Below, piece by piece: positions 40,801 through 54,745 of a stretch of 64,000 nucleotides of DNA. The notes beneath the pieces were generated by a model that was not told where the DNA came from, did not search any database, and worked only from the letters and a program-made list of their open reading frames with translations. The stretch's first letter is position 1, and every line of letters begins with the position of its first letter. This stretch comes from the human T2T-CHM13v2.0 reference genome, Homo sapiens: NCBI RefSeq assembly GCF_009914755.1, contig NC_060928.1; one strand, 5' to 3'. Both the position numbers and the translations under genes were made by a program.

Positions 40801-41931
40801 ACAGCTTCTTTTGGCCAGGGGAGGGAGTTCCCTGAGCCCTTGCACTTCCCAGGTGAGGCAACGCCCCACCTTGCTTTGGCTTGCCCGCCATGGGCTGCAC
40901 CCACTGTCCAACCAGTCTCAATGAGATGAACAGGGTACCTCAGTTGGGAATGCAGAAATCACCTGCCTTCTGCATTGGTCTCCCTGGGAGCTGCAGACCG
41001 GAGCTGTTCCTATTCAGCCATCTTGCCTGGAACTTCTACTTTTATCTTCAGAAGCAATAAAAACAACAACAACAAAAAGAAATTATATCAATTTAAATAT
41101 TAAAAGAGGTGATGAATTTTTAAATAATGACAGAAAACTGAGTTGCCAGACAGGAATACTTACTGAAACATATGTACTAGAAATTCTATATTTGAAAGAA
41201 AATTTTTGTGCTTAGTTTTTCTAAAAATTATTCTTTATATTGGTGGTTTTTAAATACCTACTTTAACATGGACACATAGAAAATAATTTTACACATAATT
41301 GATATCTAGCAATCAAAACATTTTACAATTAACATTTTAAGAATATCACTATTAACATTTTAACAGCTTTGAAAATTACCTCTATGCATTTTTCCTTCCG
41401 TAAATCTAAGACATCATTTCATTTTAATTATAAATTATTCAGTATGTATTCCTAAGAGATACAATATTTTTTACAGTAACCTCAATGCTATTATATGCCT
41501 GATATGATTAAAATGCATCTTTATTATCACCTAAATCCATATCATGTTTATATTTTCCAGTTATCTCAAAAATGTCTTTTTAAAGTATTTTGGTTTAAAT
41601 TGAAAAGTGTCCATCAGTTGCATTCAGTTAATATCTCTTAACTTCTTAAAATTGATAATTTTTATTTTTAAAGTAGTTTTTTACATGTTATTTGCTAGTC
41701 CTGTGGAATTAGCCATCAACTTTGAGCTGTAGAATTTTCTATATCTTTAATTTGGCACCTCTATTCCTCATGATATTATTTACATTTTTACTCTATCTCT
41801 CATGTATTCAGTATACGGTACTTTTAGAGACTTGCTTAGACTCAAGATTAAGTTTTTTGGCAAGACCACATTATAGCTGGAGCTGTGGAATTGTTAATAT
41901 AACACTAGGAAGTACATAAGTTCTGGCTGTC

Positions 41932-42310
41932 TGATATGGTTTGGCTCTGTCTTCCTACCCAAACCTCTTCTTGCATTGTAATCCCCATAATCCCTACATG
42001 TCAAGGGAGAGACCAAGTGGAGATAACTGGATCATGGAGGCAGTTTCCCCCATGCTGTTCTCATAACAGTGAGTGAGTTCTCACGAGATCTGATGGTTTT
42101 ATAAGTGGTTGCCAAGTTCCTCCTTCAGTTATTCTCATTCCTGCCACCTTGTGAACAAGTTTCCTACCTCCCCTTTGCCTTCCACTGTGATTGTAAGTTT
42201 CCTGAGGTTTCCCCAGCCATATGGAACTGTGAGTCAATTAAACTTCTTTCGTTTATACATTATCCAGTCTCAGAAAGTTCTTTATAGCAGTGTGAAAATG
42301 AACTAATACA
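41932..42310 (+). mobile_element. THE1D/MSTA solo LTR
   Basis: TGATATGGTTTGGCTCTG...AACTAATACA; 5-bp TSD CTGTC. Confidence 0.92.
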
Positions 42311-42864
42311 CTGTCTCACCTTAGTAATGTTTAAAACTGACACTTGGATTCAAGTGTGGGCAGCTGGATCCATCTATTATGATATGCTCCACCATGCTTT
42401 CAAGTTTCTCAATTAACTATTATTTCCTTTGAATACCTCAATGGAATTTCTTGTTTTCTAGAGTACATGATAAGGTGACGTTGTAAGTTTTTTATTCCGG
42501 CATTTGTTGTTCTGTAAGAAGCTGTGGTTCCTTTTAGTAAGAAAAGCTTTTAAAGATCCCAACCTAGCCAGTAGAGTTACTCGTTGTTAGTGATTTGTTA
42601 CTACTTTTAAGACTTTATAGTGGGCAGAGATTGAAAATATGTATTCTTCAGAAAGAAATTAATTATAATTAATATTGAGTTTATACTATTTAAATATCAA
42701 GTATAAGTTGTAGATTTTCCCTCTATATTTTTTATTTCTTTCCTATTTACTGTTGTCACAGACACAATTCATTTGAAAATATAGCAATATGCTTTTATAA
42801 AATCTTATAAAATAATTCGATTTATTTTACATAGAAACAAAATATCATTCATCTTATGTAAATG

Positions 42865-43297
42865 CAGTTGATGCTTGAACAACACAGGTTTGAACTGTGG
42901 AGATACATATGTATGTGAATTTTCTTCTGCCTCTGCCAACCTTGAGACAAGATCAACTTCCTCCTCCTCCTCGGCCTACTTAAAGTGAAGACAATGAGGA
43001 TGAAGATCTTCAAAATTATTCACTTTCACTTAATGAATAGTAAATATATTTTCTCTTCCTTACAGTTTTCTTAATAACATTTTATTTCCTCTAGCTTACT
43101 TTGTTGTAAGAATACGGTAGATAATAAATAGAACACAGAAAATATGTGTTTATTAAGTGTTTATGATATTGTTAAAGCTTCTGATCAATAGCAGGCCATT
43201 AACAGTTAAGTTTGGGAGTAGTCAAAAGTTAAATGTTCATTTTTGACTGTGTGAGGGGCTGATGCCCCTAAGTCTCACATTTATTAAGGGTCAACTG
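42865..43297 (+). mobile_element. Tigger2a (MER28)-like TcMar DNA transposon
   Basis: TIRs CAGTTGATGCTTGAACAA / TTATTAAGGGTCAACTG followed by TA; 433 bp; GAAGACAATGAGGATGAAGA core. Confidence 0.85.
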
Positions 43298-43927
43298 TAT
43301 TAGATATGTTTTATTTTAAAATAGTCAAATTATTTTTTCATTATATTAATCCTATTTATACTAATTTGCATACTTTTATAATGCATCTAGTAATAGTAAT
43401 ATTATATGTAATTAAATGAGCACATATCACTTTGATACAAACAGGATTATGAGTAAATATAACTGATTCTTGTTAAGCATTGACCTTTATTTTTATGGCA
43501 AGTTTAAGGACATACAACGACTACCTAAAGAGCTTCAAACATTTTACGAAGGGAATGGAAAGCATCATTTAAGAAAATGATACAGATAACTGCAGTTCCT
43601 GAAGAGAACTTCTACTCTCTTTTAGTTAGTAGGGATAATTTCTATCATTACCTACACCCAAATGATTCTGCATTTATTCCAGCCTTCTTTTTGACTTTCA
43701 TTAGAGTTTAATAGTAATCCTCAGTCAAGTTCTGTAAATTTTAGGTTAAATTTACTCCTGGTGTTTTAAAGTGCAATTGTTAGCATAGATGGTATCTATA
43801 TTTCCATTACACTTTAGGGAAAATATTGACCTTTTCACACTACTTTTTTAGCCAGACAAAATATTAACCTCCAGTTAAGAAATGCTTTCATATGAATTTA
43901 CTAGACAATCTCTAAATCTAACTATAT

Positions 43928-46260
43928 TGTATTAGTCTGTTATCACACTTCTATAAAGATACTGCCCGAAACTGGATAATTTATAAAAGGAAGAGGTTTA
44001 ACTTACTCACAGTTTTCTGTGGCTAGGAGGTCCCCAGGAAACATACAATTATTGCAGAAGGTTAAGGAGAAGCAAGCACCTTCTTCATAAGGCAGCAGGA
44101 AAGACAGAGAGCAAAGGAGGAGGTGCCAAACACTTTTAAACCATCAGATCTCATGAGAACTCACCCACTATCATGAGAACAGCATAAGGGAAACCACTCT
44201 CATGCTCTAATCGCATCCCACCAGCTCCCTCACTGGATATGTGGGGATTACAATTCAAGATGAGATTTGGGTGGGGCCACAGAGCCAAATCATGTCATTT
44301 TGTCCCTGGCCTCTCTCACATTTCAAAACCAATCATGCCTTCTCAGGAGTCCCCCAAAGTCTTAAATCATTCCAGCAATAACCCAAACATCCAAGTCCAC
44401 AGTCTCATCTGAGACAAGGCAAGTCTTTTCAGCCTATGAGCCTGTAAAACAAAAAAATATGTTAACTACATCCAAGATAGAATGCGCATACAGGCATTGA
44501 GTAACTGTTCCTGTTCCAAATGAGAGAAATTGGCCAAAATAAAGGGGCTGCAGGCCAAAACCCAGCCTGGCAGTCATTAAATCTTAAAGCCTCAAAATGA
44601 TCTCCTTTGACTCCATGTCTCAAATCCAGGGCATGCTGATGCAAGGGGTGGGCTCCCAAGGCCTTGGACAGCTCCACCCCTGTGGCTCTGTACAGACCCT
44701 GTGGCTGCTTTCACAGACTGGTGTTGAGTGCTTGTGGCTTTTCCAGGTACATGGTGCAAGCTGTCAGTAGATCTCCCATTCTGGGGACTGGAGGACAGTC
44801 TTCTCACAACTGAAATAGGGAGTGCCACCCCAGTGGGGACTCTCTGTGGGGGTTCCAACCCCAGATTTCACTATTGCATTGACCTAGGAGAGGTTCTCCA
44901 TGAGAGCTCCATCCCTGTAGCAGACTTCTTCCTGGACATCTGGGTGTTTCCATACATACTCTAAAATCTAGGTGGAGGTTCCCAAAGCTCAACTTTTGTC
45001 TTCTGTGCACCCACAGGCTCAATACCATGTCGAAGCCACCAAGGCTTGGGGCTTGCACCCTCTGAAGAAAGTGCCTGGGCTGTACCTTGGCCCCTTTTAG
45101 CCACAGTTGGAGCTGGAGTGGCTGTATACAGGGCACCAAGTCCTAAGGCTGCACAAAGCAGCAGGGTCCTGGGCCTAGCCCAAAAAACCATTTTTCCTTG
45201 GTAGACTTTCGATTCTGTGATGATGGGGGCTGCCATGAATGTCTCTGGCATGTCTTGGAGACATTCTCCCTATTGTCATGGCTATTAATATTGGGGTCCT
45301 TATTACTCATGCAAATTTTTGCAGCTAGCTTGAATTTGTCCCCAGAAAATGAGTTTTTCTTTTTCGCCACATGGTCAGTCTGCAAATTTTCCAAACTTAT
45401 GTTCTGCTTTCCCTTTAAACATAAGTTTCAATGTCAAATCTTCTTTCTGTGAGCATATGTAACTGTACATTTTCAGAAAGAGCGTCTTGAATGCTTTGCT
45501 GCTTGGAAATTTTTTCAGCCGGATATGCTAAATGATCTCTCTCAAGGTCAAAGTTCCACATATGTCTAGGGCAGGGACAAAATGTCACAAATCTCTTTGC
45601 TAAAGCATAGCAAGAGTGACCTTTTTCTAGTTCTCAATAAATTTATCATCTTCATCTGAGACCACCTCATCCTGGACTTTATTATCTATATCACTATGAG
45701 CTTTTTGGTCAAAACTATTCAACAGGTCTCTAGGAAGTTCCAAACTTTCTCACATCTTTCTGCCTTCTTCTGAACCCTCTACAGTGTTCCAACCTCTGGT
45801 TATTGCCCACTTCCAAAGTTGCTTCCACATTCTTAGGTTATCTTTATAGCAATACCCCTCTATACCATTAACAATTCTCTGTATTAGTCTGTTTTCACTG
45901 TACTATAAAGATACTACCTGGGCCTAGGTAATTTATAAAGAAAAGAGGTTTAATTTACTCATGGTTCTACATGGCCGTGGAGACCCCAGCAAACTTACTA
46001 TCATGGTGAAGGCAACGGAAAAAAAGCAAGCACCTTCTTCACAAGGTGACAGGAGAGAGAAGGAGGCAGCAAGGCAGGAAGTGCCAAACACTTTTAAACC
46101 ATCAGAGCTTGTGGCTTATAATGATGAGAACAGCTTGAGGGAAACCACCCCCATGATCCAATTTCCCCCTACCAACTCCCTCCCTCAACAAGTGGGGATT
46201 AAAGTTCTAAATACAATTCAAGATGAGATGTTGGTGGGGACATACAGCCAAACCATATTA
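43928..46260 (-). mobile_element. Full-structure MSTA element: LTR 43928-44297, internal 44298-45879, LTR 45880-46260
   Basis: Two MST LTRs flank ~1.6 kb of THE1/MST-type internal sequence (CAAAACCAATCATGCCTTC, CCCCAGTGGGGACTCTCTGTGGG); TSD not recognisable. Confidence 0.92.
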
Positions 46261-49200
46261 TTTGCTATCTGAAACAATTGTACTTTTGTATTTCTTTGTT
46301 ACAGCTATGCCTGTTTTAAGAAACTGAGGTAAATATGTGATATTTTTGTTTTTTTTTTCTGTTTTTATACCCTGTAATTAGTTTTGAAAAATTGCCCCAT
46401 AGAAAAGTCTACATGGTTTTTTGTTTTTTTGAGATAATTTCTTAGAAACATTCTTAAGATTTTCTATAAATTTTGGTCTAATTAGATTATTACTTTTCAA
46501 GTCAACCTTAAACATTTATGTTTTATGGGACATGATTTATTCTGGCCTTGACTTAAAATATAGACATATTAAATATTTCAATGTAAATTCTCTATTTTTC
46601 TTCTTTTCCTTGTTTCTATTTTTTGTATTTCACTGTCTCTTACTTATTCTTGACTTATTTAATTAGTGATTTATCATTTCATTTACTACTTTAAAGATTT
46701 TTTCTATTTAATTAACAATTTCACTTTTCATGTTCAATGTCATTAAACTTTAAGTCACATTAATTTTAATATTTTTAACCTTAATTTTTATTATTTTACT
46801 AAAATTTTAGTTTGTTGCCTATTCCTGTAATTTTCTTCTTTTTTTCCTAATTTGGTAATACATATTTGTAAGAACATTTCTATTTTGTGTTTTTCATGAA
46901 CGTTTCAATATATTACATTGTTTTGATTTTACATAACTTTGACTTTCTTTTGTCTACTTTATCTGTCATATCTGAGTGAGAATAAAGTCTACTACAGTAT
47001 TACTTTCTTAATTCTTTTCCAACCAATTTTCTAATTCATTTTTGACTTGCACCTGTCTTTCATTCACTCCATATCCAGTCATTACTAAGTATCATTAATT
47101 CTTTTCAAAATTGTTTCATGATTTATGTCTTATCATTTTCAATATTAGTGTGTTCATTGTTTTTATTAAAATTATTACATGTTTTGAGACTTTTTTCCAA
47201 TCTACACTTCATACTTCTATCACATCAATCTTTTAAAAATAAAATCTAATAATTCAGTTTATAAAAACTATTAAAGTTTTTATTGAATGAAGAAAATCTG
47301 AACTCATAGAAAGCACCTTGATTCTACAGTTATTTCATTTATTTTGAAATAATTTTTATAACTTAATTCTTGAATGATCTATAATCTAAATACTTTAATT
47401 TGCTAATTGTCCATGGATTTAAATGTTTATCAAATCAAGGCTTAAGTGTTTAATTAATTTGCTTGCTTATTTTCTTTTAAAATATTCATCATAAAGTCTG
47501 TGTGGCTCTTTTAGTCTCGTGTGGTTTGGTGGGGAGGTAATAAGATATAGATATAAAATTAACTGTGAAAATAGTAGAAATAGGTTAAAACCTTAAATGA
47601 TAAAAATACGTATATGTAGCATACTTTATGAGACATGTTTTTCAAAACAATTTTTTTTGCATGCAAATCCTACATGGTCTTCACAGTTTAGTAAAAGAAT
47701 ATATTTCAACTGGGATTATTACAATGTGGCCAGGTGTCTAGTTTCTTAATATGGCATGATTGCAAGAATAAATATAGATCAGTAATTTTAAAAAGTATAA
47801 GTTTTAGAGAAAATGATTAATTCCTAAAATCATATGAATAATGCCAATAGTCAAAAGAGAGATTAGATTTAAAGAGAGGAGTTACCTATTTTTCCTCCAA
47901 GGAACTCTACTTGTTATATATATTTCTTAAAACAGATAAATGAATCAGTTTAGAAAATAATAAATGGGCATATATCCCACTCCAGTTATTGCAAAAAAGA
48001 AAATGAGAAGTAGAAGGGGAAAGAGGAGAAGAAGAAACTTCAATATTTACATATTTTGAGGTTGGAGAGTTGACATAAAGAAAAAAATGAAATGAGTGAT
48101 AGAATCTGAAAATTGTAACAGGTCTTCTGTTATTTATCTAGAAATAAGATGAAGGGAAGCAGTAGAAGAAGGTGAGGAGAAAATACTAGGTTTTATATAC
48201 TAGATGCCTTTTAATAGTTAACCACTATATTTTTACTAATAAATATCTTTTAATTTAAATTTTTCACAGTTATAATAAGTAAAATTGGAGTTTGCCATTT
48301 CACATGGTATTTAGTAAAACTGATACATCATGCAGAAAATGAACAGATGATGATGTCATAGTGGCCCAATCCACTTGATTTGAACAGTGCAATATGGATA
48401 ACTACACATTTAAAAAAGGAAAACAATTTTGCTTAAATAATGATATATAAATTTTTATTTTTTCATTGCTATTGTTGTAAATTCTACATTTTTCTTTATG
48501 TTTAGTACGTATTTATCCAGATAATACTTTTCAATCAGAATCACACTGGAGAGGGAGACAGATGAATAAATAAGTGGATACAGATATCATGACTATGTAG
48601 ATTTCTTGGCATTAAGGAATCTGAACTCCAGAATATTATTCATCCAGAATGCTTCCACTCCAAGACAGTTTCTTCTTAGCTTCTTATCAGACAGTATATC
48701 AATGTGAAAGACTGCAAGGTAAACGTGTTATGTGAGACTGATTCCCTATGTCTTGAAACCATTCAGTCAGTAATACCTGTTTGAGATTATAGTTTATATA
48801 ATAAATTTTCTTATTTGTCTCTTTCCTTGGTATGGTATCACTCCTTTCCACATTTTTCCAAAATAATGATTATGTTATTTTTCTCCCTTTCCACTTTCTC
48901 TTTTTCTGCAAATTGCTGGATTTTGTTTGTTTGTTTGTTTGTTTGTTTGTTTGTTGGCAGTTAAATGTAGGTTTTCTTTAGTTAAAACCTGAGAGGTGCT
49001 TCTGGCCGATTTCGGTCTGGAGTGCTTTCTCTTATAGACTAAGAGTATATATTGGTTTTAGGGTGAGGGGGCTTATTACAAGCTTGGAATGTTTATGTAT
49101 GTGGAGAAGTTTATGGTGGGGTTAGAATCTCTTTGGGAGGAGGGGAGGTTATCTTGAGCAGACATCTTTCCGGCCCGGAGGGGGCTTGTCTAGAGGCTAG

Positions 49201-49427
49201 CCTGTCTCTGATCAGGGAGGAATTTGGAATGTTTCTGGTTGGAAACATTATTTGTGGTTTATGGTCATGCTGACTTTAGCCATTAGGCTGATGCCCTTTG
49301 GATTTAGGCAGTTTTTTATTAAGGTGAACTCCAGAATGAGGGGCTTGTCCAAGGTGGTGATGCTCCTGCTCTGTCAATCCGGACCGTATAGTTATAAAAA
49401 AGAGGAGGGAGGACATGTTCTTTCTGA

Positions 49428-49793
49428 CTACTTCCTGCTGATGAGGGGACGGAGAGTTTTTTGGTCTCGGGTTGACTGTAGGAGCAATGCCGTTTGTAGA
49501 TGTTTTTGGATAGTTGTCTGTGAAATGGCCATGATCCTGTCAGTTAAAAATCTTTGAAAAAGGTTAATTTGGCAGGGTAAGAACATTAGTTCCAGGCATA
49601 TTATTTGGAGACGGCCCAGGAGTGGGATGGCCCATGCTATGCTTTTGTTTCCAAACCTAGAATCTATTTGGTTGTTTTGATAGTGTCTTAGCTTTTTAGC
49701 CCTTTCTTTAAGTTTTTCAGCAGCGTTTTTCACTAGTCCCAGTTGGTTGATATAGAAACAACTTTCCTTACCTAATGAGAGACAGAGGCACAT
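49428..49793 (-). pseudogene. HERV-F env TM C-terminal remnant
   Basis: CLSLGKESCFYINQLGLVKNAAEKLKERA (degenerate CX6CC) followed by a hydrophobic stretch, just before U3. Confidence 0.8.
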
Positions 49794-50133
49794 GTTTGGA
49801 AAGGTTCATTTCTTATTTTTTTGTTAGTAACCCTTATTCCTGCTATGAGGATACTAATTAAGCAAAATGCTATAGTAATTCGCAGTCTCTGTCCGATATT
49901 CCACCCTGAGGGTGTTACAGTGTATATTCCTACTGCAAATAGTAGAGTGACTAAAGCAATTCCTGCAAGGGTGGTGTAGTAAATAATTACCATTAAAACT
50001 TTTAATATTTGGCTTAAAAGGAGAGGTAGGAATGACAAAAATATTTGGTGGGGTAGGGGTGAGACTGAGTAAGAGAGTAGTTCTTACTTAGTTACTTATC
50101 CTTTGTGATTTTCAGCTTAAGATTTCCTATTTC

Positions 50134-50442
50134 GGCCGGGTGTGGCGGCTCACGCGTGTAATCCCAGCACTTTGGGAGGCCGAGGTGGGCGGATCATGAG
50201 GTCAGGAGATCGAGACCATCCTGTCTAACACGGTGAAACCCCGTCTCTACTAAAAATATTTTTTAAAAAAATAGCCGGGCGAAGTGGCGGGCGCCTGTAG
50301 TCCCTGCTGCCCGGGAGGCTGAGGCAGGAGAATGGCGTGAACCCGGCGGGCGGAGCCCGCAGGGAGCAGAGATCGCGCCACTGCACTACAGCCTGGGTGA
50401 CAGCGAGACTCCGTCTCAAAAAAAAAAAAAAAAAAAAAAAAA
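50134..50442 (+). mobile_element. Full-length AluY
   Basis: AluY diagnostics, long A tail, perfect 15-bp TSD AAGATTTCCTATTTC. Confidence 0.95.
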
Positions 50443-52900
50443 GATTTCCTATTTCTTTACATTGCTATTTAGGACGTTTCTTTTGGCTGTAGGGGTTACT
50501 TCCTGAGCTTTCCAGCCTTTGACTTGAGTGTGATGGATTTAGGAGTTGAATCTTGTAACAGATACCATGTTAGTTACCCTGGGCTCCGTGGATTCACTAA
50601 ACGTGGGGGCAAATAATTCCGGGCACCCTCAGTTATTAGTTGTCTGCACCAGCAGCGAAGAGATTTCTTCCTGTGATGGTCGGGGGGCTTAGAGGCAGCG
50701 CCTACCGAAACACCTGGTTTTCAGTTTATAGGGCTTTGAGAAAGCACAGCTTATTTTGGAAACTTGTAGCCAGAAAAATTATAATTTAATTTAAACAGTT
50801 GAAAATAATAAAAATTGCAAAATATTAGACAACCCTAGAATTTAACAACAGGTGTGCTACAGTTTTTGAAACGTAATTTTTTTCTCTACAGTTTCCCATT
50901 TTTATTAAAAGACAAATCATGGTAGGACTGGTTTGCTTTACTATACTTGGCTGAATTATTTGCATACAGTGCAGCAAGAATAATTACTTGTTATATAGGC
51001 CTTTTAAATTGGCTTTGATGGAACTTTATTCCATAGAAGGAATCTGAGAAAAGACATTTTTAAAGCCAAGCCCACCCAATCTCATACCTAGGAGTTGGGT
51101 GAATTCCTCTCTTCTTTAGGTTACAAGATAACTTGGGGTTCCTGGCCTACTACAAAGTGACATTCTTTACTTACCACAGATCCAGAAACCTTGTACAGGG
51201 ACTTGTATGCAAAATATGAGGCTAGTTTTCCAAGGGTTTTATTGCTTTATAAGTCAAGTTTGATTCCTTAAATGAAAGCCTCGTTCCAGTTAAAGCCTTG
51301 GTAAAAATAACCAGTTTTTCCCATTGTGTCCTGTTACAAAAGAAAACAGATTCTTATTGTACTTATGCAAATAACTATATTGCCATAACTTAAGAATACT
51401 CACAGATAGTTTCCAAATTCCGGAGAAAATCAGGTAGAGAGAAAAAATTATGCTTCAATTTTTGTTTATGGGAGTATACTAAATTGTTAAAAGCTGTCAA
51501 TAGCTCAAAAGAAAAGTTTCTCTGACTTTGAAAAGCAAAACAAAGGATTAGCAATATTTTAAGCAAAACATTAAAAAGATTACTCCAGTATCCTATTAGT
51601 TCATTTTATGCAATTAATTTCTGTTCCACTTGATATTAATGAACATTTTAACTCTTTAAGGGTCCTGAACGTTTTTCCTCTATTTTGATGTTACAACCTC
51701 CAAAGTTATCAGAGACCTGTATTCAAGAACACCAGTTAGAACTTTATAGCTGATTATAAAATCACCTTTTAAAGAGGACCAAAACAAGACAAAAATTGTT
51801 TATGGATGACAAAAAGTTTTAGGGTATCCATAGTTAAAGACACAATTGACAAGGACATCTGTTACCTCTGTGGCACACAATAATTTTAGCACATAACAAT
51901 TATAATAATTACTGTTGATGTACACTAAGATATATCAGAATCATAGGAGTCTCCCATAACTTTGGGACACATGCCAATAACATATTTATACAAATATAGC
52001 CCAAAGAAAGCCAAACACCATTTTATATTCAACAATGCTTCCTGTACAATTTTATACCAGATGAGCTAAATTTCACCTTTATATTAGTGTGCTATTAATG
52101 ATAAACTCAATTTTAATAAAACCTTGTAGACACATTTAATCGATTTTAATGTTTGACCATGAGGTAAGATTTTTGTAGACCCCTTTTAACCCTTTATAAT
52201 TTTTGTTAAAGATAGGTTAGTGCTTTAAGAGAAACACGTTGTGCTTTTATTTTAATGATCAATTTACAGAAAAACTGGATGACACCCCTTTAACTTTAGC
52301 CAGCATGTTTACACACAGAATTTCCTTTACAATTAACCTCTCAAAACTTGCTTAAACCTTCAAAACAATTTTTTAACCTTTTAATCTGGGTAAAACTCCA
52401 CATTCTTATGCCTCTTTATAATCTTTTTACCAAAAGTATATTTTACTTTCCTTACAGACCTTACACATAAACTGCCTTTTCAATAGTTTTAAATACCTGT
52501 TACACTGTTAACTCTTAGCAACCTTTACCTTTGTGGAAACCTTGGTAAGTTTGGGATTTTAATTATGTGCCAGGTGTAGACCCTAGGACCTAGACAGAAG
52601 TGCAGATAAGGTCTGGCTTATTCCAGCATTTAACTCCATGTGTCCTAGGTTTTACCTTAGCTGCAAAGCAGGAAAGTTGTACAGCTAAGAGTTACAGTGA
52701 CATTTTATAAAGCATTCGGGAGGCCTAATCACTTTTAAATTGTACAACATTTCTTGCATAAATTCCCTTTTATAAAATTTTTCATGACTTTCACAGACAA
52801 TTTCTGCCATGCCTCAACTTTCTGACTTGTTATAAACATCTCTCTCTTTAAACAACCAGATAATTTGCTTTAGGACAAGAATTTACCGTATAAGATTCTT

Positions 52901-53200
52901 GTTTATTTATTTATTTATTTCTATTTTGAGACACAGTCTTGCTCTCTCTCCCAGTCTGGAGTGCAGTGGCGCAATCTCCGCTCACTGCAAGCTCCGCCTC
53001 TGAGGTTCACGCCATTCTCCTGCCTCAGCCTCCTGAGTAGCTGGGACTACAGGCGCCCACCACCACACCCAGCTAATTTTTTGTATTTTTAGTAGAGACG
53101 GGATTTCACGGTGTTAGCCAGGATGGTCTCGATCTCCTGACCTCGTCATCCGCCCGCCTCGGCCTCCCAAAGTATTGGGATTACATGCGTGAGCCCGGCC
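52901..53200 (-). mobile_element. AluY
   Basis: GCAAGCTCCGCCTC and GTGTTAGCCAGGATGGTCTCGATCTCC; (TTTA)n tail; TSD AAGATTC(T/C)T. Confidence 0.94.
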
Positions 53201-54159
53201 AAGATTCCTTTTATATAAATTCCCTTTTCTTTAATGTTAAAGATGATAACAGTTCTTTCCCAAAACAAATTTCCTTCATGTCTGTGGACTGGACTGCCTA
53301 AAACCACAAGATTAGAAGCTAGGATATTTTACTAAATAGTTTAAGATATAGTTAACTTCATTAAACAATATTAATGTTTCATTTATTTAAAAAATTACAC
53401 AAGCAAAGATTATTTTGTTTCGGCTGAGTTATAGTTTTGTAGCCTTTATGCCAAATTTTGACACCTTATAGTATTTGGCAGAGATAAGTATGAATTTGCC
53501 TGATTAATAAATGCAAACAAAAATGTATGCTGGCAACTCTAATTTCTAATTTTTTTATACCAGTAAGTTTTTAAAGATTAAAGCCACATGAAATGAAAGG
53601 TCCCACAGCTTTTACTTCTCTCTTAAAAATATTTGATTTAAATGCTTATTTTTCTTATGCCAATTAATTAGAGCTCTTTTAATAGACATGGCACACACAA
53701 CACATACATAGCCACACGGACAACCAGAAGAAGATTCAGTAGTTATAAGATTTTTTTTTTTTTCTGCTTATTTTCCAATTGTATTATTGGCCTTCGGGTG
53801 AGGCCCTTTAAGAACTGGATTAGTAAAACAGTTTCCAGGGCCTAATAAACAAGTATAGCTGGAAGACAAACACAGATTTTGAGAGGTACTTATTCACCTC
53901 TAATTCCAGGGGATCCATAAGGAAAACAGAGATTTTTTTTTTCCCAAAACGGGATTTGTGGGGCCTTTTCTGTTTTCCCAAGGAGTCCCAGGCCACGAAA
54001 AGTTATTGTAGGGTTCTTTATATATGCACCAAGAGTGGCAAGATGGAGTGGAGAAAAGTAATTCAGTTAATCGGGAAAAAAACCTTTTCCAGGAAAACAA
54101 GATTGATGAAGAGAAAAATATAAAGAGAAGAACATAAAGTCCTTTTGAATATACTCATA

Positions 54160-54745
54160 GCTTTGATCTGCGACTTATCAGACGTGGAGAAAGGGACATG
54201 AATGCGAGCAATGCTTTTAACGCCAGCCACTTCCCGGAGAGGGAGAATGGCAGAAGAGGCTTCTGAATGGGTAAGAGGTGGGGCTGAAGGATTGGAGGAA
54301 GGAGAGGCCACTAGGGCGGAGAGTTTGGACAGGCGAGGAATGGGTGCTGGGGGATAAGAATACAGAGAGAGTTTATCTGCAGCCTGAATAGGAGTTTCAG
54401 GGGAAGGGGAGACCTGGGGAGGGTTTTCATTAAGAAGAAAGATTTTACGAGAGGTGCAAGCTTGACACGGGGCGGGGGAGCTGGGATTTAAGGTAGAAGT
54501 AGAAGAAAGCCTGATATAGGGAACCTCTTGCCATTTGCCATTCCTGATTATAAAGTTGTTAAGGTTCCTGAGAATTTGCAAGTCAAAGGTGCCATTTTGG
54601 GGGCATTGGCTGTCATTATGTAATGTGTATTGGGGCCAGGCTGTGTTACAGCAACAGACTAAATTCTTAAGCCAAGTTTGGCGAGGTTGTGAAGGAGACA
54701 GCGCAGTGGAGAGGGTGTAGGAATGTGTGATTGTTTGGCACCCAT
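54160..54745 (-). pseudogene. HERV-F gag N-terminal remnant
   Basis: ATGGGTGCC start; GTFDLQILRNLNNF..GKWQEVPYI and LPLREVAG..RIHVPFS are HERV-H/F-type gag motifs; frameshifted. Confidence 0.82.

Larger units (their letters stand above)
36795..41032 (-). mobile_element. L1 (L1PA7/8-like): 5'UTR, disrupted ORF1, ORF2 endonuclease region; 3' ~half missing; interrupted at 37087-37844
   Basis: 5' end CAAGATGGCTGAATAGGAACAGCTCCGGTCTGCAGCTCCCAG; ORF1 peptides NASSPPKDHNSS and ISYPAKLSFISE; ORF2 EN peptides ILTLNVNGLNAPIKR, CCIQETHL, IVGDFNTPLS. Confidence 0.95.

Noticed and set aside
44462-45452. Cluster of overlapping ORFs
   Set aside because: Typical spurious or degenerate frames in MST internal sequence.
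50134-53200. Inverted AluY pair as a dsRNA or back-splicing element
   Set aside because: A common configuration, with no exon between the two and no evidence of transcription.
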